Shown: positions 25,474-38,403, counted from the first letter of the whole stretch. The stretch is DNA of 63,026 nt, filler included, from Octopus bimaculoides (GCF_001194135.2; 5 parts of 5 records of this genome joined end to end with filler, not necessarily neighbours in it); one strand, 5' to 3'. A program made the numbers and translations. Notes: generated by a model from the letters alone, not told the origin.

Positions 25474-25833
25474 NNNNNNNNNNNNNNNNNNNNNNNNNNN
25501 NNNNNNNNNNNNNNNNNTTTTAACATGTTTCGGTTCTTGTAAAAACGAACCTTATCAAAAACACATATTTTAAAAAATGAAATTAAATGAAGAGTTCATA
25601 ATTGTTCCTTACTGGTGTCAATAGTCCACGTGGGGGCATTTTTTGTTGGTTGTAGTAGTAGTAGTAGTGACCCTGTTGGTAATGGTAAATAGCAGTGACC
25701 TCTGTCCGTGTCAGTAGTTAATTGGTTGTAGTGGTATGGGTGGAAGCAGCACAAGCAGCAGCAGCAGCAGTAGTAGTGACCTACTACTAAGCAGTACCTA
25801 CCATTTGACTCATGCCACCCTAGGCACACGAGA

Positions 25834-26769
25834 ATGAACATCCCTTTCTGTTTAGCCAAAAGGATTTGCACCATAGTATCAGACACAAACACCCGACACA
25901 CACGTCTCCAGGAACTCAGAGCTACACTAAAAAATAGGAATTATCCACAACCCCTAATAGACAATGCAATCCAACGAACACTTAAACTGAATATAGAAGA
26001 CCTGAGACAACCAAAACCAAAAGGGGATGAAAAATTAAAAACCCTACCCTACATCTCTACACACAACACACTTAACAACGAGGCCTTCAATACCATNNNN
26101 NNNNNNNNNNNNNNNNNNNNNNNNNNNNNNNNNNNNNNNNNNNNNNNNNNNNNNNNNNNNNNNNNNNNNNNNNNNNNNNNNNNNNNNNNNNNNNNNNNNN
26201 NNNNNNNNNNNNNNNNNNNNNNNNNNNNNNNNNNNNNNNNNNNNNNNNNNNNNNNNNNNNNNNNNNNNNNNNNNNNNNNNNNNNNNNNNNNNNNNNNNNN
26301 NNNNNNNNNNNNNNNNNNNNNNNNNNNNNNNNNNNNNNNNNNNNNNNNNNNNNNNNNNNNNNNNNNNNNNNNNNNNNNNNNNNNNNNNNNNNNNNNNNNN
26401 NNNNNNNNNNNNNNNNNNNNNNNNNNNNNNNNNNNNNNNNNNNNNNNNNNNNNNNNNNNNNNNNNNNNNNNNNNNNNNNNNNNNNNNNNNNNNNNNNNNN
26501 NNNNNNNNNNNNNNNNNNNNNNNNNNNNNNNNNNNNNNNNNNNNNNNNNNNNNNNNNNNNNNNNNNNNNNNNNNNNNNNNNNNNNTCCTGAATACAGAAA
26601 AATACCTGTCAGCGACCACATAGACAGATGTACACCGAATAAAAATCCAAGGTTTACGACCTTCCTACTTTACCAATTCAATTACAACACAACTTTCACC
26701 CAACGTCAAAACAAAGAGCTTCATTTTACTAGAAAATTCGGGCCAAGTTTAAACACCCTGAACCAGTAA
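25834..26769 (+). CDS. PLE RT thumb and GIY-YIG endonuclease C-terminus (partial, gap inside)
   Basis: ORF track 25834-26769 with PLE motifs. Confidence 0.75.
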   Translation: MNIPFCLAKRICTIVSDTNTRHTRLQELRATLKNRNYPQPLIDNAIQRTLKLNIEDLRQPKPKGDEKLKTLPYISTHNTLNNEAFNTXXXXXXXXXXXXXXXXXXXXXXXXXXXXXXXXXXXXXXXXXXXXXXXXXXXXXXXXXXXXXXXXXXXXXXXXXXXXXXXXXXXXXXXXXXXXXXXXXXXXXXXXXXXXXXXXXXXXXXXXXXXXXXXXXXXXXXXXXXXXXXXXXXXXXXXXXXXXXXXXXXXXPEYRKIPVSDHIDRCTPNKNPRFTTFLLYQFNYNTTFTQRQNKELHFTRKFGPSLNTLNQ

Positions 26770-26961
26770 CATTAACATCATATATTAGTTATTACGGTCA
26801 CTACTACTACTACTACTATTAAGGTCACTACTAACAATCACTGCTACTACTATCACTACTGCTGCTGATACTGCTACTACTGCTACTGTTATTACGGTCA
26901 CTATTGACACCAGTAAGGAACAATTATGAACTCTTCATTTAATTTCATTTTTTTAAATATG

Positions 26962-27010
26962 TATTTTTGATAAGGTTCGTTTTTACAAGAACCGAAACAT
27001 GTTAAAAATA
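26962..27010 (+). ncRNA. Degenerate minimal hammerhead in the PLE pLTR (mirror copy at 25518-25560, minus strand)
   Basis: TATTT-TTGATAA-GGTTC(gtttttacaa)GAACC-GAAAC-AT-GTT-AAAAATA; core deviates from CUGAUGA. Confidence 0.55.
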
Positions 27011-27510
27011 TCTCTGACAAAAATTTTTAATTAAAATTCATTTTTTATNNNNNNNNNNNNNNNNNNNNNNNNNNNNNNNNNNNNNNNNNNNNNNNNNNNN
27101 NNNNNNNNNNNNNNNNNNNNNNNNNNNNNNNNNNNNNNNNNNNNNNNNNNNNNNNNNNNNNNNNNNNNNNNNNNNNNNNNNNNNNNNNNNNNNNNNNNNN
27201 NNNNNNNNNNNNNNNNNNNNNNNNNNNNNNNNNNNNNNNNNNNNNNNNNNNNNNNNNNNNNNNNNNNNNNNNNNNNNNNNNNNNNNNNNNNNNNNNNNNN
27301 NNNNNNNNNNNNNNNNNNNNNNNNNNNNNNNNNNNNNNNNNNNNNNNNNNNNNNNNNNNNNNNNNNNNNNNNNNNNNNNNNNNNNNNNNNNNNNNNNNNN
27401 NNNNNNNNNNNNNNNNNNNNNNNNNNNNNNNNNNNNNNNNNNNNNNNNNNNNNNNNNNNNNNNNNNNNNNNNNNNNNNNNNNNNNNNNNNNNNNNNNNNN
27501 NNNNNNNNNN

Positions 27511-27547
<37 letters not shown>
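27511..27547. repeat. (AG)n microsatellite abutting the Tx1-like LINE 3' end
   Basis: Direct observation. Confidence 0.95.
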
Positions 27548-27551
<4 letters not shown>

Positions 27552-29545
27552 TTTCTTTATTGGCCACACAAGGCTGAACATAGAAGGGACAAATACAATG
27601 TAGTGTTTTTTTTTTTCGAGGGGGGCGAAAACAAATGAAGTAGAAAAAAACAAAAAAAATTAGGGACAACGATCAAAAGGGATGGAAATCGTTTGGGATA
27701 TACACAAAAAAAGTCGAAATAGTATAAAAAGTTCCCAAGAAATGGGGAGGTTTATCTGTGGAAAGAAAAACCTACAAAAAGACCACGGTAACCTCGGGCA
27801 ATAATGTCACATGTTAACACATTTATTTACAAGTAAGTAACTCTCTATTTTAAATTTTTTGTTCTTTTTTCTGGTTCATAGGATCATGCTCAAGATGGCT
27901 TCATCATTCATACGTGCCATCCTTGCTACATTCACGCATCTATTTTTGAAACATTCGCTAAACAAAACTTGCCTCTCTACTCTCACCTTCCTTTTCAAGT
28001 GATACTTGAAAAAGTTGATGAGAGATTGACTAGAGAGGGAAATGTTTGTCTCTAATCCTTTCAGGCGTGTCCACCAGAAACATTCTTTTGCCATAGCCAA
28101 AAGTACGATAAAAATAGCTCTTCCTTCCCGTTTGAAGGAAGGAGGCATGACGATATTGACGATAGACATGGCTGATAAACCGACTCGTCCCACACGTGAC
28201 GGCAGTCGTTCGACATAAGCCCGCAGGTCGGAAATGGTTGGACACTGCACGAGTGCATGCAGAATGGTTTCGTCGCTCTGACCGCATCTCAGGCAGGTCG
28301 GCTCCGTGTTTCTCGAGTCATGTCTGTAGAGCTTATCCTAAACGGGTAGCGCTTCGCGGTAGCACTGTCAGGCCAGAGATCTCTGGAAGTTGTCCATAGG
28401 TCCCGGCCCAAAAGTCAACTTGAACGTGCAGGTCAGGTATTCCTTGTCGATGCCCAGGTTCGCCCCAAGATCATCGTCGTACCTCCCCTCCACTCATCCC
28501 CTATAGAATGCATTGGTTGTGATGCAGTTGCTCAAGGTCGACCCAAGAGCAATTCGACACTTGCGGTGCCATTCACCCTTCCTTGGCCTCTTCTTGATCC
28601 ACGACTGTAGCTCGGTCATGAAGATGAGCTGTGGGAAAGCACACCACACAAACGGTGACCACACCTGCTCACCGTCGTCCACGTAGAGCCGAAGATGTCA
28701 CAGTCTCAGCGCATGTCTGCGCATCATCAACCACGGCATGCCCATCCCTCCTTTCAGTGGGTGTTGGCAGCAAACGGACCGCCTGACCATCGGAACACTT
28801 CCTTTCCACAAGAAGCGGAAGAGGATACGTTCCAGTTTGGTGGTGGTAGGGTCGGGACAAGGCACAACAATCAGGCGGTAGTTGATGACAGACGCGATGT
28901 ACATGTTTGCCACCTTTGCCCAACCTTTTAGGGACAGCTTCCTCTCGTGGCCAACCTACTCGTTATCTCGTCCCAGTTCTTCTCTGTTTGCAGGTCCGGA
29001 CTGAACCAAACTCCGAGCAACTTGACTGGCCCGTCCGTCCAGCGTCCTACTACTGAGGCACTGTCAGATGGTATGGGCTTGCTTCTCCAGGTGCCGAGCC
29101 CACCAACTTTTCCCAGTTGATTTTCGCTCCCGTCACCACTTCGTAGTCTTTTGGCGTCTCGCCGACCAGCTCCTCAATGCCCTCTTTACTAGTGTACTAA
29201 TTTGGTCTCTGAAAACCTGTCTCGATGGGAAAGACGCGTTTATTTTCCAGTTCTGGGACCCTGCCTATGTATCATATCTGAGTCTAGCGTACACACCACA
29301 AGTTTGTGATCCATATAGCTGACTATGTGGAATTGCTGACACCCTACGCTAGCTCTATTTACTGTCCTACACAATATCCTATCTAGATACGATCTCGACG
29401 ACTCAATGCGGTTGCTCCATGTTCACGTTAGCGCATTCGGGTGGTCGAAAGCATCTGAGCAGGTCTCTGAATCATTTGCATCTTCGTCTATTCCTATCTC
29501 TGCCCACATAGTCTAGATGTGTGTCCAAGGTAGCATTCCAATCCC
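27548..29545 (-). mobile_element. Tx1/L1-clade LINE, internally deleted (EN C-terminal half joined to post-RT region, CCHC and 3' UTR)
   Basis: GDWNATLD, YLDRIL, DHKLV, WKINAS (endonuclease); GAKINWEK, KLSLKG, LFRFLWKG, KGGMGMP; C..C...ET..HAL.QC finger; AATAAA before (TC)n. Confidence 0.85.
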
Positions 29546-31309
29546 CCACTAAAAGTAAAGGGCTAAAATGAATCGACGAAAGCCTTCAAAGTTTGGGAAA
29601 TTTCGCCCACACAGGAGCAAAATTTTATATAAATGTTTATCAAGTTTTGAAGTGAATGTTGTGGCACAACTTTTAAACACAAAATATTTGACAATGAAAA
29701 CTTTTAAACATGCAAAAATCTCCAACTTATGTGGATCCCATTTGACTAGTGTCCATCCAGCAGATAGATAGATAGACAAACAGACAGATACACACACACA
29801 AAATACAGGAAAAAATACAGAAAACTAAGAAGAGGATATACACACACAAATATGTATGAAAGGAATAAATTCTATTATTTTCTCATATTCATATATTCTA
29901 CTCGTAAATTCACATTCATGCACAAAGACTGGAACATATCTTTTTTGTCTTCTATTGAAAAGGGTCAAGCAACAAGGGTGAAAATTATGGAAATGCTTGT
30001 CAGAATAAAATCAGTACCTACCACTCCAGAAATAATAGCCTTTTTGTTGAATTCTTTTTAAAAAAGGAAACTGATAAGGCAGGATTTATAGGCAGCATCC
30101 AAAGTGAAGAACCAGGTAAATAGAGAATTTTCCATTCTGAAATTTTTTTCTGAATTTTAAAAAATTCTTACCTAAGCATCATCTTTAAGAGAAATTGATC
30201 ATGTGTTCCAGACCACCTGAGAAAATTCTAATGTTATTGAATATGAGGCCTGGATAACCACAGAAGAAAACCATGGGAACTAGAAAGGAACCATCAAGAT
30301 AAGTCAGGAATCCATAGAGCATCTTTCTTAATGCCAAATTAAGACACTATCCTCAATCAAACTCAATCAAAATAAGAAAGAGTAATCATAGTGAGCATTT
30401 TCAAACAACAAGAAATACCAGCTGCTTGATTCTTTTTCATTTACTATGGTTTCATTAGTTCTGCCAATTATAGATATCAATGTAAACTGTTTCGAGAAAG
30501 GATCTATAAAACCTCAGTTTCTTTCTTAATCAAGGTGTAGAAAACATTTGGTAAAGGTGGGATATCTCTGAGATCTACAAGACAGAAATATAATCACTAA
30601 ACTTGTCAACTAGATAGTTTGATGCAATTTTGAACCTTGTTCTTCTGACTCAGGTATGGTTGTCATTGCCATCATCATCTTCATCATCCTCTTCACCACC
30701 ATCATCGTCATCATCATCATATTTAACATAGCAATCTAGAAGAAAATCCAAGAGAGAAATATATTTTTCTGTTCTCTTATGAAAAGGTATCCAAACATTA
30801 AGAAATAACGTACTCAGTGGTTGACTTCATCACCAAGCTGTGAGTTAACAGTTTAAGAATATCTTAATATTTCCTGCTCATTTATTTTCAAAAGACTATG
30901 CTTGCTCTAAATTTTTCACTCATGTTGTACAAAGTATCTATACGCCTATGTAATTTAAGATATAACTATTTCAGGGAGATATTTACATGGGTTTTTCTTA
31001 TGGCTGTTTATGATTATTTATAAAAGATTTAATTTCTTGATTTTCCTTTAAATTTGTTTCAAACACATTTAAGAAAAGGTTAATACAATAATTTTTACTT
31101 ATGTTAACGTTTCAAGAATTACATTGCATAAATCCTAGTTAAAAAATAATGAAAAACATTTCTTTATAAACATAGGGAAAGAATATAATAGAAGTATTAC
31201 ACACACTCATAAAAATATAGAAGTGCAGTGAGACCTGATAGTTGGATCTAGTCCACATTCAAGTCAGGTGATATCATGCCATATAGAAATTAGTGAAATG
31301 TTATATGAC

Positions 31310-31502
31310 CTTTTCACATGCTTTTCTCAGTATCAAAGGCAGTGTCATGCCAAGAATAATGGCAGAGCTTTGTGAGCCATCTGAGGACACATCTGCTCCT
31401 CTTTCCAAGCAATACCAAGAGATAAGAGACAATTTCAGGCTGTCCAGTGCTAAATGCATATAATAATGATGTTCACAGTCCACTTTGGTTACCAATTCAT
31501 TG
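31310..31502 (-). CDS. Candidate exon of an unidentified host gene (NELVTKVDCEHHYYMHLALDSLKLSLISWYCL...LILRKACEK)
   Basis: Acceptor TGTTATTTTTAG|, 64 open codons, weak donor AAG|GTCATA; unique sequence. Confidence 0.35.
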
Positions 31503-33180
31503 CTAAAAATAACAGTCTAATTAGCTATGCAAGTAATATACAGCCAACAACAGGAAAATAGCTCAGCAACAAACTTCAAAATGACAGAAAGCTAACAATA
31601 TGATAACCTCACTGCTCTACTACCACACTTTCATAACTACAATGACAACATCAACAGTGTAACAATTTGTTATTGGCCAAACCAAGAAATGGTGACTAGA
31701 ATTGACAGTTGGCATGGAGACCAAACAGTGAAACCAGCTTGCAGCCGATGAATCAAACAACAAAATGCAACCAAACAACTTTTCATATACATGATTTCAC
31801 AGAATAGGCTCTCAAGGACTCTTTCTTTGCACGTACCTATTTTCTTTAGATTCAGTACCATTCATCCAGTTGATTTACATTTCATTTCATTCAGTTAAAA
31901 GACAAAATAATTGAAATTCTACCAACTTCCTTTGTTTTCATGCTAGCACATTTTATAACTTTGCAAAGTCATGTTTAAAGCTAATCCTGCTTTTTTTTTC
32001 CCACAGACCCACTTGTAGATGATTTTGTGCACATTATTTATTGCAGACACATTTCAATTTACAGTTTCTCACACATGCATGCCTGTTTGATGGTATTCCA
32101 AATCTTTCTGGCTGTTTTCCCACCAGCCATCATACATTCACTCTACACACTGTTTTTGCAATGTCACTGATTTTGCTACTATCATCTCTAGCAGATGAGG
32201 TGTCCAGTACTGAGGAGTGGCAGAAATAGTCCAAAACCAGGACTGGTCTACTGGTCCTGTCGCTAGGAGATGGTAGGGGTTTGCTTCCCTGCTTGCAATT
32301 TTATTGGATGCAGCTGTGCATTGTTAACCAGCTAGAGGAGATGTCCTTTTGGGGTTAAAAAATTGCAGTAGAATCTGCTCAAATAGACAGCCATGTTAAA
32401 GTGGCTACAAATATTACTTTTCTCTATGTGTTTTCATATAAATGTTTTCAGTTTTCTCATGCAACTTTCTGCAGCACCTTTCTTGTTAGTGTAAACAACA
32501 TGCATACATACATCCAATTACACACATGCCACATTCACATGGCATTTTCACAAAGGAACACAAACCATGCTTTTTGTACCCTGCTTTCACCCAGCTACTT
32601 TTCTCAATGGGAATTTATAGTCATGTTCCACATAGAACATATTTAAATGGCTTGATGCATCCAGCATTTCACATAAGTTTCCTTCGGGATAAACAGCACC
32701 TACACAAGCAGAACTATTTGCATATTAATGGAAATTTTATGTAATAGTAGTAATAATAATAGTTATGATTTTCTCCTACATTTTCTCTTTACTTCTTGCT
32801 AATATTATTAAGCTGATGTGAGATCTAGAATCAAAACCATACAACCCTAATAGTTGGGTCCAGTCTACATTCAGGTCAGACAACACTGTGATTATCAACC
32901 AAATAGGTTGCCACAATATCACATAATATAGAACTTAGTGAAATGCTCTACAACTTTTTTTTCACACTTTTCTCTGTATTAAAGCAGTTTAACACCAAGA
33001 ACGACTGCAGAGTTTGAGAGCCACCAGAGAACACACATCCTCACCTCTTGCCTGCCAAGCAACACTAAATTTTCCTTTGATGAATGTAGTTCAAATAAAA
33101 AGAATTCTTCTTTACAATCACAAACCAACTCCTTCCAGCAGCTTGGGCCTTATTAATTAATCATTACTATGCTTCTTTCT

Positions 33181-33453
33181 TGTTGTGCGTGGGAAATGAA
33201 AAGAGGTTCACCTACCTTCTTCTCGTCAATGCCTGTCTAGCAGTAATCTCTCCGACGATCCTACCCTATCCCTGTCACCCAGTATAAGTACCTGCTATCT
33301 GTCCAACCCAGGAGTGAATTCCTTAGTGTCCGTTCACGACAAAAAGACACCGATGCTCCCCTCTCTCCCCTCACTTCTCCTCTCATGCTTCCTCTTCCGG
33401 TCAGCCTCTTGACCATTGATGTCATGACCCACTTCTTCCAGTTCATCCCTACA
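33181..33453 (-). repeat. 3' LTR
   Basis: Alignable along its length to 36935-37217. Confidence 0.9.
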
Positions 33454-33599
33454 TGCCCCCCTGATCTCAAAGATCACCTCCTCACTTCAATCCATGTCGA
33501 AATCTGCCACCCACCCTGGTTGGTGCCTTGCATGTTGTGATCTTCTTAAGCTGGGAACCTCATTCTCTTCCTTTTCTCCACAATCATCATCCAATGAAG

Positions 33600-36500
33600 C
33601 GACAATCCTATAAACAGACTTCATCTCCCACCTCCACAAAAGGCCCTCTCTCTTCTACAGGGGATCCCAATGGCTTACTCGGATGCTGCCATTCATATTT
33701 GAATATTGCTCCATATAGCTTGGACTCTTCAGCCTGTCCTAATCAGAGTGACACATTGTACCAGAATACTGCTTCTAGTGGCGAGATGTGTCCCCTCTCT
33801 GCCATGGCCTTGATCGTTTGATGATGTCTTTCCACGATCCCATTTCCACTCAACCTCTATGCCGTTCTGAAAAAGCAGTGCACTTTCCACCTGTCAAGCA
33901 TTTCCTTCAGCACCTCCAAACAAAACACTGTGCTGTTGTCCATCAGCAATTCATCCACAGGGCCCCACTCTAAGAATACCTCATTTAGAATACGTGCCAT
34001 CTCATCTGCAGTACCTGCCCTCAATTCCCTCCAAATGGCCATCTGGCCTGGCCCACATTCGACCATCAAGAGATATGTCCCCTGCCGGTTGTGTGTCACA
34101 TCCACTGCCAGTCATCTCCAGTTGTGCTCTATTGAAATGTTTCCCTGCTCATGCACACCTGGAGCAGGGTCGATGGATTGATACCTGTCGTAGTTCCTGA
34201 CCACCTTTTGGATGCTCTGTCTAGTAATGTCAGCGACAATCCTCCTGGTATGATACAGGGTCCGATCCATGCCCATATGATACATGGCATGTAGTCTCCT
34301 TAGTTCAGAGTCAGTTAACCAACACACCGCAGCTTCGATTCTTCCAGCTCTCCTAACCAGGTGTTCTCACCCTGGTTAGAACGTCTGCCTTGTTTCTCTC
34401 TGAAGGCACAAAGACCACATACAGCTTCAGACCAAACTGGGCAACCAGCTCTCCTAGAACCCCTAGGTGATGCTTCACTAACATTTCTGCTGTCCCTTTA
34501 GTTTGAACCCTCTTCTCATTGGTGATCACTAATCCTACCCAGCCAAGCATGGTAGCCAAATCCATCTGGATTTCAATGGAGCACAACCCCATCTCAAGGC
34601 TAAATTCACTCCTTTCAGCACTGCGTCCAACTCAGTGGTTGTAATTGTCTGCTTTTTGAAGCCAGGCCGCATCCTCCACTTTGACACCTCTGATTTCCAG
34701 CACAACTATTGCAATGCTACTAGTATCACACCATATAGTCCCGTTATCTGATTTGGGCACACACCAGTTCCCTATGACTGGGTCTTCTACTCTTGTCCTC
34801 TTTGGAATTTCCTGCATCATCACCACCATCCCCTCTCCCACTTTGTCACCCCAGTTCTCCCCTTTTGCTCGTCTCTTGGTATAACTGCATGCCGTATGCA
34901 GCCACCCCATGATTGGGTAGTGACCTACTAATTTCCTGCACATTGAGAACAGTTCTCTCCTCCTGACATTGGTACCCACCCAGCTCTGGGATCTCATTCT
35001 TCCTCTGAAATACCAACACGACTGTTTTGTTTCTTTTAAGCTCCAGTGCAGCTCCTCCAGCTATTAGCTCTGGTGGCTTCACAATCAGCCTGAATTTCTT
35101 CAGACGTCTTACAACCTCTGCCACAGGTGGTACAGTCTTGTCCACTAAGATGTCATCTATATAGGAATTGGTGGCCCTTCATATCCTATCCACGTTTCCC
35201 AGGATAGATTTGAACACTGTCACTATGATCTTCAGTGCAGAATACAGCCCGAAACCCAGCCTTGTCAGACAATATGTCAGGCTCTTGTATTGCACCAGCT
35301 GATACTGCTATAGTTTATTGCTCACATGGAGCTGCAAATATGCTGACATCAAGTTGACAATCGTTGCTGCTTTAGTTGACTGTCTCTATACATGCAGCAC
35401 CTCACTGCAGATGTCAGTTGCCTCACCACCTGTGTGTAATGATACATGGCCATTCATCTCCTGAAAGTCCAGTACTGGTCTGACTTTGCCCTTTGTTGGC
35501 TGCACCACTGCCATTAGCGGTAGCACTCTGCTCACCACCTCTTCCTTCCATGGGATAAGAACACTTTCCTTAATCCACCTCTCTACCTCTTCTTGAAACT
35601 CACTCCTAGCATGTCCTTTCAGGGTATGCTGGTAGCAGCTCACCCTGTTCTCCAGCATCGGGGGTTCCTCTTTCCAGCACCACTCTATCGTCCACCACTG
35701 ACCATCAAATGCTGCCTGAAAATCTTTGTCTTCAATGGTGTAGGCAGTGCAGCCATTCACGGAGCTCTGCTTCTTCTTACGTTCCTAACTGATGGTGCGC
35801 AACCCTCCCCTGGCAACAAGTGAAACCACGTCTCCTCCAACACTGACATTTTCAAGGCGGTCGATCACGTCCATTCCCATTACCACATCAATCCCGTCTA
35901 CCACTTGGTCAATCATGATTGCCTGCAGCTTTAACATTGTGCCTCGCACCGCTATCTCCATGTTGCTACCCTTGCATTCAATTTCGCTGCCATCAATCGC
36001 CTGAACACTATTCACCCCCTTCCATTTCTTTGTCCCCTTCGGGGTCATGAGAGACATTGTGCCACCTATGTTCACAAGGGCCTTGAATGTGTTTCCCCAA
36101 CCATGGCCTAAACTTTGTGCAGTGGCTGCACAAATGCCTCTACTCATTCGTGGGGGAAGTTTGAGAGGCAGTAACTTCCCTGTGGCCTTTTCCCTGGCCA
36201 CAATTTTGGGCAATATACCCAGTCTGTCTGCACCGGTAGCAAACTGGTCCAAGCTCTGCACAGTCCCTCACCATGTGTGGTCCCTGGCACTTAAAACACT
36301 GTCGTTCCACAGTAGGTTTCTTTTCATCTTTCAATGGCCACCATGCAGCATCACGGGCTTCTGCAAACGCCATCACCACTGCCTTCCACCATGTGTTTTG
36401 TGTCAAATGCAAGCTTGAACAATGAGCTCACTCATTGCCATTTTGTTGCCACTTGGCAATTGTTGTAGCTGCACTGATACATTGTCAGGAAAGCCATTCA

Positions 36501-36890
36501 CAAAAGCCAGTCACACTACTTTCTCCAGACCCTCTCCAGTGAGACTAGGTAGTACAGCCAGCCTCCGTACCTCTGCAGCATACTTGTCAATCTGTTCCCC
36601 TGTCCATCTGACCATCCTCAGCTTAGCAAAAGTAGTGTACTCTCCTTCTGTATAAGCCTCACTCAAGCACTGCTTGATCTTTGGCCCACTCAGTTGTTCT
36701 TCTTCATTCATTTCGAGGTACAGTGCCAGCACGCTCCCCTCCAATTACAGCACCATGAGGCTTGCTACATCTTTGATGTCTTGTAGCCTGGCCACAACTT
36801 TGAATTTTTGAATCCAAACTATTACATCTCCTTCACCATAGAGAGGTCTGATGACATCACTGCCGATCCTTATCTTATATGCTGCTATCA
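33600..36890 (-). pseudogene. gag-pol with stops and frameshifts
   Basis: RPLYGEGDV; CFKCQGPH and CYRCRQTG knuckles; KVRPVLDF; YIDD; WCDTSSIA; HMGMDRT; LLMDNS. Confidence 0.85.
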
Positions 36891-36934
36891 TATATTAGGG
36901 AACAATGATATCTTTAATGATTGCCAAAATAGCT

Positions 36935-37217
36935 TGTTGTGCATAGGAAATGAAAAGAGGTTCACCTACCTTCTTCTCATCAACACCTGTCTAGCAGTAA
37001 TCTCTCTGACACTCCTGCCCTACCCCTGTCACCCAGCATAAGCAGCTGCTATCTGACCAGCCCAGAAGTGAATTCCCTAACATTTGTTCACGATGCTTCC
37101 AGTGGGCAAAAAGAGGCTGATGCTCACCTCTCTCACCTCACTTTCCCTCTCGTGCTTCCTCTTACGGTCAGCCCCTTGACCATTGACGTCATGACCCTCT
37201 TCTAGCTCATCCCCACA
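36935..37217 (-). repeat. 5' LTR
   Basis: Alignable to 33181-33453; differences are mostly transitions. Confidence 0.9.
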
Positions 37218-38189
37218 TTTCTAATCACCTACAGTCATCAGAAGTTTATATTCACTTACTCTCCTGCTAAAAGAATGTATAACAATGCACAAGTGAACCA
37301 ATGACAATGGTGCTGACTAATCATTTCAGCACGACAGAAGTAGACTATGTTTATTGTTTTCTATAAATGTACGATAGCTATATGTACCCAGCATTGCTCA
37401 TATAAATTAATACCTGTTTGAAAATCATGCTGTACAATCAATCTTGCATAATGTTGTCCAAAATACATATATCTGACAAAAAGAAGAGATGGTCATGGCT
37501 TGATCAAGGCTGACTTGGTGCTAAACAACAATGTGCTGCAGGAATGATTTCAAATGTACACAATTTTTCATACATAACTACATTTATTTCTATTGTATTT
37601 TATATTTGATATAAAGATACACTGAGTGTTAATTTTGTATCTGAGTGTGTCTTGATACTTGTGATCATTGAAGTGACAAATACACATATGCACACACATT
37701 TCTATTTGTAAAATTCATTATTATTCCATTTCAGAATGTAAAGAACCCTATAACAAATTTATAAATGGAGGAGAAAGTGGATATATACAACCACCATATA
37801 ATAACATTATATTAATAACGTAAGTTACTTCCAGCTTCAGAGTATGTTTTTAATAATTTTTATATGCAATATGACATACCCTTTATCCTATGACATAATA
37901 TGCTACAACATACTTCCACAACATGCTATGCATGATGTACACCATATTGCATATATTTGCAATAATAACACTGATAATAGTAGTGCATTATCCCTTTCCG
38001 TAGCGTACCTTCTTATCCAACAATACGTCGTCTGCATTTATAATTTTGCCACGGTGTTATCTCTTATCAAGACAATTTTCACTTGCCCAATCTACTTTTT
38101 TTGGTTAAAGGGTGCCAAAAGGGGTTGTAGCAAGTAATGATTGTTTTGTTGACTTGCTGGTTTCTACTCCTACCACAACTAAAGTTTAA

Positions 38190-38403
38190 CCCTTTATCAT
38201 TTAATCCAGCCATATCTGGCCCAAATATTCTACTTGTTTTATATTAAAATGGACCAATCTCTCACACCTACCTTACAATGTCATTTTAAAAATATACAAA
38301 CACACCATTGAAATCTCACAGTTACAAGAGAATGCATGATTAATTCAAAACAATGTGGATATATAGGCATTACACTCGACATAATAATCTAGATGCTAAA
38401 GGG
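38190..38403. mobile_element. piggyBac-like MITE with TTAA TSD
   Basis: TTAA|CCCTTTATCAT ... ATGCTAAAGGG|TTAA. Confidence 0.75.

Larger units (their letters stand above)
25518..27010 (+). mobile_element. Penelope-like element 3' part with inverted pseudo-LTR
   Basis: NIPFCLAKRICTIVSD...LKNRNYPQPLIDNAI (PLE RT C-terminus); GIY-YIG tail ...SDHIDRC...KF.PSLN; 25518-25625 is the reverse complement of about 26901-27007. Confidence 0.85.
33181..37217 (-). mobile_element. Full-length compact Gypsy LTR retrotransposon (4037 bp), degenerate, TSD TTTCT
   Basis: Paired LTRs with TG...CA ends; TTTCT at 33176-33180 and 37218-37222; PPT AGATCAGGGGGG at 33467-33456; gag, PR, RT (YIDD), RH and IN remnants. 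Confidence 0.93.

Noticed and set aside
30127-30175. Strong minus-strand donor followed about 35 nt later by an acceptor
   Set aside because: The implied intron is implausibly short and the flanking frames contain stops.
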